64,000 bases of DNA from Gemmatimonadota bacterium (GTDB lineage Bacteria > Gemmatimonadota > Gemmatimonadetes > Palauibacterales > Palauibacteraceae): NCBI GenBank assembly GCA_963666735.1, contig OY762926.1, positions 3,232,001 to 3,296,000 on the forward strand, read 5' to 3'. A model generated the notes under the pieces. It had not been told where the DNA came from, did not search any database, and worked only from the letters and a program-made list of their open reading frames with translations. Within the stretch, counting starts at the first letter, position 1; every line of letters starts with the position of its first letter. The translations under genes were made by a program, and so were the position numbers. This document shows, one piece after another, positions 29,541 through 40,930 of the stretch.

Positions 29541-30843
29541 TGGGCTTACCCCGTTTTAGTGGACAGGTGAAAGTGGTGGTTTCCTCCATTCTCGCCACCT
29601 CGCGGGAGAGGGCCGCGGCCCGGGGGGTCACGCCGCCTCTCCTTTCTCGCGCGCCTCGAAGCTGGCGGGCGACTCGTAGCCGAGGCTCGAGTGCCGCCGG
29701 CGCGGGTTGTACCAGCCCTCGATGAACCGGAACACCCCCCGGCGGGCCTCGCCGGGCGTCCGGAACGAGCGCCGCCAGATCAGTTCGCACTCCAGCGTGG
29801 CGAAGAACGACTCGCACATGGCGTTGTCGTAAGCGTCGCCCACCGAGCCCATCGAGGGCCTGACCCCGGCCCTCCGGCAGCGCCCGCCGAAGGCGTAGGA
29901 CGTGTACTGGCTGCCTTGGTCGCTGTGGTGGATCACCCCGTCGGGGCGCCGCTGCGCCAGCGCCATGTCGAAGGCATCCAGCACCAGGGACGTCCTCAGG
30001 TGCGTCGCCATCGACCAGCCCACGATGCGGCGGCTCCAGGCGTCGAGCACGACGGCCAGATAGAGGAAGCCCGCCCAGGTCGGCACGTACGTGATGTCGG
30101 CCACCCAGAGTTCGTCGGGTCCGGAGGCCGAGAAGTCTCGGTCCACGAGATCCGGCGCGGGCCTGGACTTCGCGGCCCGCTTCGTCGTACTGCCCTTGCG
30201 GCGCCGGCTCACCCCTTCGATCTCCGCCGCCCGCATCAGCCGCGCCACCCGGCCCACACCCGCCTCGCGGCCCCGCGCCTTGAGTTCCGCATGGACCCGC
30301 GGCGCCCCGTACGTCCCCCCGCTCATGGCGTGGATCTCGACGATCTCCGCACTGAGCGCCTCGTTCTCCCGCGCCCGCCGAGACGGCTCCCGCGTCCGCC
30401 ACGCATAGTACCCGCTCGGGGAGAGACCCAGCAGGCGGCACATCACGCGCACGGGATACATGGCCTGGTGATCGCTCACGAACCGGAACCCCCCCGGGGG
30501 ATCGATCCGCTCTCCTTGGCGAACCAGGCCGTGGCTTTTGCCAATATGTCGCGCTCGATCTTCACCCGGCGAAGCTCGCGCTTCAGTTCCCGGACTTCCT
30601 TGCGCTCGACCGTCGTCAGACCGTCGGTGCGACGCCCCTCGTCCAGGTCGGCCCGCTCCACCCAGCGCCGGATCGCCGTCGCCGAGGGCTCGAACTCGCG
30701 AGCCAGCCGGTCCGCGCTCCGTCCCGCACGGACCAGTTCCACCATCCGCGCCTTGTACTCCGGCGCGTATCTCCGTCCCGACATGTGACACCTCCTCGTT
30801 GTGACCAACGCTCAAAGGTGTCCACCAAATCGGGGTAACTCCA
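29541..30843 (-). mobile_element. Complete IS3-family element (orfA 30476-30784, orfB to 29628, -1 frameshift)
   Basis: IRs TGGGCTTACCCCGTTTTAGTGGACA / TGGAGTTACCCCGATTTGGTGGACA; AAAAG slip site 30535-30539; WVADIT, HSDQGSQY, DNAMCESFF. Confidence 0.95.
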
Positions 30844-31241
30844 CAAGAGTGACTTGGGATTGACGATCGAGCGATCGTTCTGGTTGCCGAACGACGTGGG
30901 TCCCGGATGCTTGGAGACGCTGCTGGAAGGAGTGGCGGTTGAAGGGCACCATGGAGTGTTCAGTTGCTTGGATCAGTACGTAGAGTGTCTCGACGGGTTC
31001 GGTCGTGGATACGAGGGGCCGACGGGAAAGGGACGAATCTACGCGTATTGCGAAGCGGTTGATGCGGAGCGAAGGGAAGAACAACGCGACTACATGAATG
31101 ACGAACATTGGGATCTCAATGCGAGTGTTCTGGAGCCCTTGCGAGCGTTCTTGGGTGGGCTGACCTGACAGAAAGCGACGAGCAGGCGCTGGATTGTACA
31201 AGTGTGGTATGTACAAATACGGTAATCACCTGACACCCGGC

Positions 31242-31367
31242 CTCGCCGACATCTCGAACATCCGACGCCTCGGGCTGGTGATAATGGGCGGCCGGATCGT
31301 CGACATCGACGCGCTCCCCACGAACCCGATCGCCCTCGACTGGTCCGCCGGGGCGCCGAAGAGGTAG
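31242..31367 (+). repeat. Diverged duplicate of amidohydrolase 3' end
   Basis: 31242-31361 matches 26845-26964 at 110/120 nt and keeps its own TAG. Confidence 0.92.
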
Positions 31368-31394
31368 CGTTGCGGCTCGGCCGTTAGTGTTAGT

Positions 31395-33341
31395 TCAGGG
31401 CATCAGGGGCAGCAGCACGTGCGAGGCGTTTCCCGCCTCGTGGTGGACCGTGTTGTTCGCGACGCGCCACCGGCGGTCGCGCGGATTCCCCGTGTTCCGG
31501 TTGATGTCGAAGTTGGGGAAGCTGCTGCTGTAGACGTCGACCCGGATGCGGTGTCCCGCCTTGAAGAGGTTGGCGGCGGGTTCAAGCGGGAACTCGAGCC
31601 GGTAGACGTCGCCCTCCTCCATGAGCACCGACTGCTCGAACCCGTCCCGGTAGCGCGCGCGCAGGATCCCCTCGGAGACCGGGAACGCGTATCCGCTCGG
31701 GTAGTCCGGGCTCGTCGGATGGACGTCGAGGAGCTTCACGTAGAAGTCCGTGTCCGGCGCGTCGGATGAGATGAAGAGGACCGCCGTGATATCTCCGGCG
31801 ATCGTCAGATCTTCGGGGAGCGGCGCGGTGTGGAACACGAGCACGTCCGGACGGGAGGCGATCGGCATGCCGGGGATGCCGTGGCCGGGCAGCGTCTCCA
31901 TCTCGATCTGGTCGCGCGGGCCCATCCCCTGGAATCCGAACTCCAGCGCCGGCCCGTAGGCCACGATGCAGCGGCCGTTGCTGGAGACCGTATTGCGCGG
32001 GTCGTACGTGTAGGTCGTCGAGGAGGACCGGACGGAGGGCGCCTCGGGGGCGAGCGCTCCGCTCTCGTGCAGATAGAATTCGGTGGGCCGGGACGCGGCC
32101 GGGGGCCAGTTCTCCTCGTAGCGCCACTCGCCGCCTTGGTTGATGCGGCCGTTCTCGGCCTTCCGCCCGTCTCCCCCGCCCATGATGAAGTACTTCGCGG
32201 GCGCCCACACGTCGGCGCTCTCGTCGCCCTTCAGCCAGCGGTCGAACCAGCGGAGTTCGAGGTTCAGGTAGTCGTCGTAGGTGACGATCCGGGCGCCCTC
32301 GGGGCCGAAGTTCACCTCCCCGATCGACGACGCGAAGTTGTTGTGCGTCCACGGACCGATGAGGATGTGCTGGTTCTCCCGCCCCATGTCGACCATGGCC
32401 TGATAGCCGTCGCTGATCGTGCGCGGGTACCAGTCGAACCAACCCACGACCCACAGGATCGGCATGTCCGGGTAGGACTCGAAGTGCTCGTCCATCCCCA
32501 GTCCCGGCTGCCGCCAGAAGTCGCTGTAGTCGTAGTTTTCGAAGTAGAGCTGGAAGGCGGCCTCCTCGTACGTCGGCGCGAGGCTGAGCGGCGTCTCCCC
32601 ACGCCGCCACGGAATGCGCGAGGCCCAGTCGAGGAATGTCTGCCCCGTGCGCATCTCATTGATCGCCTCGGTGATCTGCGGGTTCGCCCGCGCCTCGTTC
32701 CCGTTGGACGCGACGGACAGAATCCACTGCAGCAGCCCCAGACCCAGGGCGCCGCCGCACTTCATGCTGTAGGTGTAGGCGTTCGTCGGTCCCTCGTACG
32801 GGATCATCGTCTTGAGGCTGGGCGGGTTCAGCGTCGCGGTCTCGAACTGGACCCACGCCTGGTACGAGACGCCGTACGTGCCCACCTGCCCGTCACAGGA
32901 CGGGTGCCGGGCGACCCACTCCACGGTGTCGTAGCCGTCCTCCGGCTCCTGCACGAAGGGGAAAAAATCCCCCGGCGAGTTGAAGCGCCCCCGGCAATCC
33001 TGGACGACGGAGACGTACCCGTTGCGCGCGAAGAACATCGCGTGCTCGATCGAGATCGGCCGCATCTTGTCGTAAGGAGTTCGCGCGAGGACGGCGGGGA
33101 GCGGTTCCTCCAGCGGGACGCCGTCCTCCGCCGGAAGGTAGAGGTCGGTCATGAGGTCGAGGCCGTCGCGCATGGGGACCGGCACGTCCTTCACGATGAC
33201 GACATCTCCCTCGGCATCGGCGGCGAGCCGACCATCCGAGGCTCGAGTGCTCCCCGCGAGCGCCTCCGGGTCGAACGCGGCTCCCAGCCCCGCCAGCCCC
33301 GCTCCGGCCAGCCCGGTTCGAACGAACGATCTGCGGTCCAT
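31395..33341 (-). CDS. CocE/NonD-family hydrolase, Tat-exported
   Basis: DRRSFV, RTPY, QDCRGR, GVSY, GPWTH, SSSFPNFD. Confidence 0.92.
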   Translation of the reverse strand: MDRRSFVRTGLAGAGLAGLGAAFDPEALAGSTRASDGRLAADAEGDVVIVKDVPVPMRDGLDLMTDLYLPAEDGVPLEEPLPAVLARTPYDKMRPISIEHAMFFARNGYVSVVQDCRGRFNSPGDFFPFVQEPEDGYDTVEWVARHPSCDGQVGTYGVSYQAWVQFETATLNPPSLKTMIPYEGPTNAYTYSMKCGGALGLGLLQWILSVASNGNEARANPQITEAINEMRTGQTFLDWASRIPWRRGETPLSLAPTYEEAAFQLYFENYDYSDFWRQPGLGMDEHFESYPDMPILWVVGWFDWYPRTISDGYQAMVDMGRENQHILIGPWTHNNFASSIGEVNFGPEGARIVTYDDYLNLELRWFDRWLKGDESADVWAPAKYFIMGGGDGRKAENGRINQGGEWRYEENWPPAASRPTEFYLHESGALAPEAPSVRSSSTTYTYDPRNTVSSNGRCIVAYGPALEFGFQGMGPRDQIEMETLPGHGIPGMPIASRPDVLVFHTAPLPEDLTIAGDITAVLFISSDAPDTDFYVKLLDVHPTSPDYPSGYAFPVSEGILRARYRDGFEQSVLMEEGDVYRLEFPLEPAANLFKAGHRIRVDVYSSSFPNFDINRNTGNPRDRRWRVANNTVHHEAGNASHVLLPLMP

Positions 33342-33510
33342 GCGGCCTCCTCCGGCGGGTGTGCGAGGGAACCGTCGACGGCGGCGGACCCTCGATTCTC
33401 AACCTACGGATGTCGACCACAGCGTCCAGACGTGGCGGGCGGCAGCGCATCCGGCCGCGTACGGCGGCGCCTTGTCACGGGAAACGCCCGCGTCGAACGT
33501 TGGAAGCGCG

Positions 33511-35672
<2,162 letters not shown>

Positions 35673-35676
<4 letters not shown>

Positions 35677-35786
35677 ACGGGCCGGACCCGCGCGGAGGGC
35701 GCCTCAAGCCCTGGCTGGCGCTTCTCATCCTCGTACTCCTGGGCTTCGGCTACATCGGGCTCTGGGGCTGGCTCCTGCGTGGATAG
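35673..35786 (+). CDS. 37-aa single-TM protein preceding SSS transporter
   Basis: GTGA overlap; MNGPDPRGGRLKPWLALLILVLLGFGYIGLWGWLLRG. Confidence 0.65.
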
Positions 35787-35801
35787 GCCGAGGGTCACGC
35801 G

Positions 35802-37235
35802 ATGATGGACGGCGTGCAGCTCTCGTGGTGGCTCATCGGGGCCTACCTCGCCCTCATGCTCGGGGTCGGCCTCTGGTTCCGGCGGCGCGTGCGCTCCGTC
35901 GAGGACATGGCCGTGGCCGGCCGGCATTCGGGCGTATGGCTCATCGCCTTCTCCGTCGCCGCCACGTGGATCAACGGCACGACCCTGATCGGGATTTCGG
36001 CGCTCGGCGCGGACTTCGGCCTCGACGCGTACTGGAGCGGCGGCTCCTTCATGCTGGGCACGATCTGGATCGCGTACTTCATCATCCCGCGGCTCTGGGA
36101 GACGGGGGTCATCACCATCCCGGAACTCTTCGGGCGCTGCTTCGGCCCGCGGCACCGGATCGTCTCGCTCCTGCTCGTCATCCTCCGGGACATGGGAGTG
36201 ACGGCGGGGACGATCGGCGCGCTGACGCTCGTCACCACCGCGGTGCTCGGCCTCTCGGTGGCCGAGTCGCTCCTCCTCTGGCTCGGCGTCACATCCGTCT
36301 ACGTGTTTCTGGGCGGCATGTGGGCGGTGATGGCCACCGACGCGATCCAGTTCTTCATCATCCTGGCCGGTTCGATCGCCGTGCTGGTGGCGGGACTGGC
36401 CGCCGCCGGAGGGCTCGGCGGGCTGAGCGCCGGTGTCGATCCGGCGCTGATCGACATCTTCGGGCGGGCCGGCGTCACACAGGTCCTGGCCTGGATCGTC
36501 ATCGGCCTCGCGATCACGGGCGCGTACCAGGGGTTGATCCAGCGGGGATTCGCGGCCAGGAGCGCGGACGTGGCGCGGCGCGGCTTCCTGTACGGCGGGG
36601 TCATCGCCTCGATCTGGTACATGACGCCGCCTCTGATCGGAATCGTCGCCCGCACGATCTACGGGCCCGGCCTCGCGGCGGAGGACGCCTTCGTCACGCT
36701 CGCGTTCGGCGCGGCGGGGAACGAACTGGCGAGCCTCGTCGTCGTGTGCGTGCTGGCGGCGAGCATGTCGACGCTCTCCAGCACGATCAACACGATCGCC
36801 TCCAACTTCACGCTCGATCTGTACACGCGGTTCATCGCGCCCACGGCCAGCGCCGCCCGGCAACTCTGGGTGTACCGCCTCAACGTCCTCCTCGTGGGGG
36901 CGCTGGCGGCGGTCCTCTACCTCGCGCTACCCCTCCTCATCGAGCTGTTCTGGATCGGAGGACGGATCATGGGAGCCTCGGTCGCCCCCGCGCTGATCGG
37001 GATCGTCCTCTTCCCATCGCTGCGGGAAGCGCCGCGGACGGTCATGGCGGCGATGCTCATCGGCGCCGGGATCCAGGCCGCGTGGCAGACGTTCGGGGCG
37101 ATCCGCGAGGTGGGCGCCGTCGTCATCATCTGGGAACTGGACCCGATTCTGGTCGGACTGCCCCTCACGATCCTGATTCTGTGGATCGGGACGCGCCTCG
37201 AAACTCGAACGGGGGGCCGCAATGCCGCAGCCTGA
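35802..37235 (+). CDS. Sodium:solute symporter
   Basis: Many TMs; GGMWAVMATDAIQ, AASMSTLSS. Confidence 0.92.
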   Translation: MMDGVQLSWWLIGAYLALMLGVGLWFRRRVRSVEDMAVAGRHSGVWLIAFSVAATWINGTTLIGISALGADFGLDAYWSGGSFMLGTIWIAYFIIPRLWETGVITIPELFGRCFGPRHRIVSLLLVILRDMGVTAGTIGALTLVTTAVLGLSVAESLLLWLGVTSVYVFLGGMWAVMATDAIQFFIILAGSIAVLVAGLAAAGGLGGLSAGVDPALIDIFGRAGVTQVLAWIVIGLAITGAYQGLIQRGFAARSADVARRGFLYGGVIASIWYMTPPLIGIVARTIYGPGLAAEDAFVTLAFGAAGNELASLVVVCVLAASMSTLSSTINTIASNFTLDLYTRFIAPTASAARQLWVYRLNVLLVGALAAVLYLALPLLIELFWIGGRIMGASVAPALIGIVLFPSLREAPRTVMAAMLIGAGIQAAWQTFGAIREVGAVVIIWELDPILVGLPLTILILWIGTRLETRTGGRNAAA

Positions 37236-38982
37236 GAGCCGCGCCGGAGGCGCCGTGGATCCGGTCCTGTTCGAGGTCATCCGGAACGCGCTCGTCGAGG
37301 CGACGGAGGAGATGTCCGTCACGCTCCAGCGCACCGCCTATTCGACCAACATCAAGACGCGGCTCGACTATTCGTGCGCCTTCGTGGACGCGGACGGACG
37401 GATGATCGCGCAGGCCTTCTGCCAGCCCGCGCACCTCGTGACGATCGGGCGGCTCGTCCCGCGCGCGGTGGCCGAGTACGAGGCCGAGCACGGGGAGGGG
37501 ACGCTCGGTCCCGGGGACGGGCTGCTGGTCAACGATCCGCACCGGCAGGCGAGCCACCTCAACGATGTCTTCCTCATCACCCCCTTCTTCCATGGGGGCG
37601 AACGGGTGGGATACGTCGCCAACTGCTGCCACCACGTGGACGTGGGAGGCGGGGCGCCGGCGAGCATCGGCGCGTTCCGCGAGATCTACCAGGAGGGGAT
37701 CATCCTTCCCGTCGTGAAGCTCTTCGACGGCGGCGAACTGGTGGACGATGTGCTGAAGCTCATGCTCGCCAACGTGCGCGCGAAGAAGGAGGTGGCGGGC
37801 GACCTGCGGGCGCAGCACGCGGCGAACGAGATCGGGCTGCGGCGGCTGTCCGCGCTGTGGGAGCGCTACGGCCCGGAGATGCTGCGCTCCTACATGGAAC
37901 GCATGATCGAGTACAGCGAGCGGCGGCTGCGGGCGGAGCTGGCGGAGCTTCCGCGGGGAGAGTTCGCGGCGGAGGGGTGCCTCGACGACGACGGGATCAC
38001 CGGCGAGCCCGTGCACCTGAGGGTCCGGATCCGCTTCGACGGCTCGACCGCTCGCTTCGATTTCACGGGGACGGACGCGCAGCGCGCGGCGCCCATGAAC
38101 TGCAACCTCACGCAGTGCTTCACCGCCTGCGTCTACGTGCTCAAGTGCCTCGTCGACCCGGACATCCCGCTGAACGAGGGGTTCTACCGCCCCATCGAAG
38201 TCGTCGCGCCGGAGGGATCGGCGGTGAACGTCCGGCCGCCGGCGGGGGTGGTCGGCGGGTGGGAAGTCGCGATGCGCCTGTGCGACATCATGTTCCGGGC
38301 GCTCGCCGACCCCATGCCGGAGCGCGTGCCCGCGGGAACGAAGGGGATGATCTGCCACGTCGGATTCGGGGGCGAGGATCCGGCGACCGGGGAGTACTAC
38401 TGCTTCCTCGAGACGCTCGCGGGCGGCTACGGCGGACGGCACGATACGGACGGCCCGGACGCGGTCCAGACCCACATCCAGAACACCCAGAACGCGCCCA
38501 TCGAGGAGACCGAACTCAACTATCCGGTGCGGATCCACGAGTACAGCCTCGTCCCCGACTCGGAGGGGGCGGGCCGGCAGCGGGGCGGCCTCGCGCTGTG
38601 CCGCGAGTACGAGTTCGTGGGTCATGAGCCGACGTTCACGACGCTGGCCGACCGCGCGCGGTTCCCGGCCCACGGCCTGCACGGCGGCGGCGACGGGAGG
38701 GTGGCGAGCTACCGGCTGATCTCGGGCGGAGCGGCGCGGGATCTCGGTTCGAAAGCGACGGTGCAACTCGCCACGGGAGACCGGGTGCGGATCGAGACGG
38801 CGGGCGGCGGCGGATTCGGACCGGCTCACGAGCGGGATCCGGAGGCCGTGCTCCGGGACGTGCGGGAAGGCAAGGTTTCGCGGGCCCGGGCGCAGGAGGC
38901 CTATGGCGTGGCCATCAGTTCGGGGGAGTGGACGGTCGACCTCGCGGAGACAGGGAGACTGCGCGGATCGCCGGGACGATGA
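37222..38982 (+). CDS. Hydantoinase B / oxoprolinase subunit
   Basis: DYSCA, NDPH..SHLND, HHVDVGG, GGGGFG. Confidence 0.95.
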   Translation: MPQPESRAGGAVDPVLFEVIRNALVEATEEMSVTLQRTAYSTNIKTRLDYSCAFVDADGRMIAQAFCQPAHLVTIGRLVPRAVAEYEAEHGEGTLGPGDGLLVNDPHRQASHLNDVFLITPFFHGGERVGYVANCCHHVDVGGGAPASIGAFREIYQEGIILPVVKLFDGGELVDDVLKLMLANVRAKKEVAGDLRAQHAANEIGLRRLSALWERYGPEMLRSYMERMIEYSERRLRAELAELPRGEFAAEGCLDDDGITGEPVHLRVRIRFDGSTARFDFTGTDAQRAAPMNCNLTQCFTACVYVLKCLVDPDIPLNEGFYRPIEVVAPEGSAVNVRPPAGVVGGWEVAMRLCDIMFRALADPMPERVPAGTKGMICHVGFGGEDPATGEYYCFLETLAGGYGGRHDTDGPDAVQTHIQNTQNAPIEETELNYPVRIHEYSLVPDSEGAGRQRGGLALCREYEFVGHEPTFTTLADRARFPAHGLHGGGDGRVASYRLISGGAARDLGSKATVQLATGDRVRIETAGGGGFGPAHERDPEAVLRDVREGKVSRARAQEAYGVAISSGEWTVDLAETGRLRGSPGR

Positions 38983-40157
38983 CGACGAAGGTGAAGACCG
39001 CCGATGCCGTCGTCATCGGGGGCGGGATCATGGGCGCCAGCGCCGCGCACTTCCTCGCGAAGAGGGGGTTCGGCCGCATCGTCCTTCTCGAGAAGGGACG
39101 CCTCGCGGGCGTGAGCACGGGACATTCCGCCGCGATCGTCCGCACGTACTACTCGAACCCGATCACGCTCGAACTGGCGAAGCGGGCCCTCCACATGTTC
39201 GAGAACGACCGGGACCTGCTCGGCGGCGACTGCGGGTTCCGGCCCATCGGCTTTCTTCTCCTGATCGGCGAGCGTCTGCGCGCCGCCGGAGAGCACATCC
39301 TCGAGTCGGAGCGGCGGCATGAGCTCCACGTCGAACGCCTCACCGTGGACGAGGTGGCCAACTTGGCGCCTCCACTCTCTCTGGACGGCGTCTCGTACGG
39401 CATCCTCGAGCCGCGCTCGGGTTACGCCGATCCCGCCCGCACGGCGGAAAACCTCGTGGCGGCCGCTCGTCCCTGGGGACTCGAACCCGGCGTCGGCGTC
39501 GCCGCTGCGGGCGTCCGCCTGCATGGGGATCGCGTGGCCGCCGTGGAGACCGAGCAGGGGACGATCGCGACGAATGTCGTCGTGAACGCGGCGGGCCCCT
39601 GGGCGGGGCAGGTCGGCTCCTGGCTCGGCTTGAAGTACTCGCTGCGCTGGAGCCGCGAGAGCGATCTGTTCGTGGAGAGGCCGGCCCGCTTCGGAGATCT
39701 CCCGGTCGTCTCCGATCCGGGTCTGCGCGTCTACCTGCGACCCTACGGCGACGACCGGATCATCGCCGGACTGGGGGCGCCCAAGGACATCGAGCCCGTG
39801 GATCCCGACGACTGCGATCCGGCTCTCGATCCGGAGGTGCGCGAGCGCATCGAGCGCCCGCTCTTCCGGCGGGTTCCGGCTCTGTCGCGCGCCCGGCACC
39901 TGGGCGGCTACGCCTCGCTCTACACGATCACGGACGACTGGCACCCGATCGTGGGCGCGGAGCCCGGTCTCGAGGGCTACTACGCGTTCTTCGGTGGCAG
40001 CGGCCACGGGTTCAAGCTCGGCCCCCCGATCGGCGAAGCACTGGCCGACGTGATCTGCGGAGAGGCGCCGGAGATCGATCTCTCGCCCTTCCGCCCGGGC
40101 CGCTTCGTCGACGGCGAGCCCCTCACGTCCGCGTGGGGTGAGGGCAACCGCGGCTGA
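38979..40157 (+). CDS. FAD-dependent oxidoreductase (DAO/sarcosine oxidase-like)
   Basis: IGGGIMG, NAAGPW, SGHGFK. Confidence 0.9.
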   Translation: MTTKVKTADAVVIGGGIMGASAAHFLAKRGFGRIVLLEKGRLAGVSTGHSAAIVRTYYSNPITLELAKRALHMFENDRDLLGGDCGFRPIGFLLLIGERLRAAGEHILESERRHELHVERLTVDEVANLAPPLSLDGVSYGILEPRSGYADPARTAENLVAAARPWGLEPGVGVAAAGVRLHGDRVAAVETEQGTIATNVVVNAAGPWAGQVGSWLGLKYSLRWSRESDLFVERPARFGDLPVVSDPGLRVYLRPYGDDRIIAGLGAPKDIEPVDPDDCDPALDPEVRERIERPLFRRVPALSRARHLGGYASLYTITDDWHPIVGAEPGLEGYYAFFGGSGHGFKLGPPIGEALADVICGEAPEIDLSPFRPGRFVDGEPLTSAWGEGNRG

Positions 40158-40192
40158 CTGTTGCGAGACTGCCCCTCCGAGAACTCGTCGGC

Positions 40193-40239
40193 TTGCATTC
40201 TAGTGTGCCATCCTGTACCATGCCGTGCCAGCACGTACC
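40193..40239 (+). promoter_or_regulatory. Promoter overlapped by phased GTRCC repeats
   Basis: TTGCAT-N17-TACCAT; GTRCC at 40205, 40215, 40225, 40235. Confidence 0.65.
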
Positions 40240-40254
40240 GACACGGTGGACATT

Positions 40255-40497
40255 GTGACGATTCAGCTTGGTGGGACAACCTATTTTAGAATCGGCGAGG
40301 CTCTTGACCGAGCTGGCGTCAGCCGGTCGACGTATTTCCGGTGGGTCCGCGACGGGCGAATCGAGGATGCACGATATCGAGACCGGAACGGTCGTCGAGT
40401 TCTGACAAGTAGCGAAGTCGATTCCCTGTGCCAGGTGAGCAACCGCGTGATCGTCGCCGCGCCGGACCCGCGTCAGACGCGCCTTGAGCTCGATTAG
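40255..40497 (+). CDS. MerR/Xis-like small HTH protein
   Basis: FRIGEALDRAGVSRSTYFRWVRDGRI...RDRNGRRV. Confidence 0.8.
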   Translation: MTIQLGGTTYFRIGEALDRAGVSRSTYFRWVRDGRIEDARYRDRNGRRVLTSSEVDSLCQVSNRVIVAAPDPRQTRLELD

Positions 40498-40509
40498 GAT
40501 TACTGGGCC

Positions 40510-40930
40510 ATGGCCGACGTCGTTACTCCCGAGAAACGCAGCTGGATCATGCGTCAGATTTCGGAAAAGGATACTCGCCCGGAACCTGCGCTGCGAAAGC
40601 TGTTACATCCACACGGTTATCGCTTCAGGCTCCACCGGAGCGACCTGCCCGGCAAACCGGACATCGTGCTTCCGAGATACCGGGTCGTGATTTTTTTACA
40701 TGGGTGCTTTTGGCACGGGCATGAATGCCAAAAGCGACGACGCCCCAAGACAAATAGAGATTACCGGAACAAGGAGCTCGCTAGAAATGTGGAACGAGAT
40801 CGGACGACGCAAGAAGCCTGCAAGGAAGTCGGCTGGAAGCCAATCGTAGTGTGGGAGTGTGGACATGAAACGTAATCCTCGTGAGGTGTTGGATCGCATC
40901 ATAGTAGATCTCCCAAGGGTGGGGACTTGA
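40510..40930 (+). pseudogene. vsr: Very-short-patch repair endonuclease, frameshift near 40861
   Basis: RSWIM..DTRPE, LPGKPD, HGCFWHGH, VWEC; early stop 40875, restored frame stops at 40930. Confidence 0.8.

Larger units (their letters stand above)
28246..31168 (+). pseudogene. DUF3226-like TOPRIM-type partner split by IS elements (pieces 28246-28290 and 30844-31168)
   Basis: N-term VFVEGKAD; C-term FWLPND..GCLETLL...KGRIYAY...WDLNASVLEPLRAFL. Confidence 0.75.
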
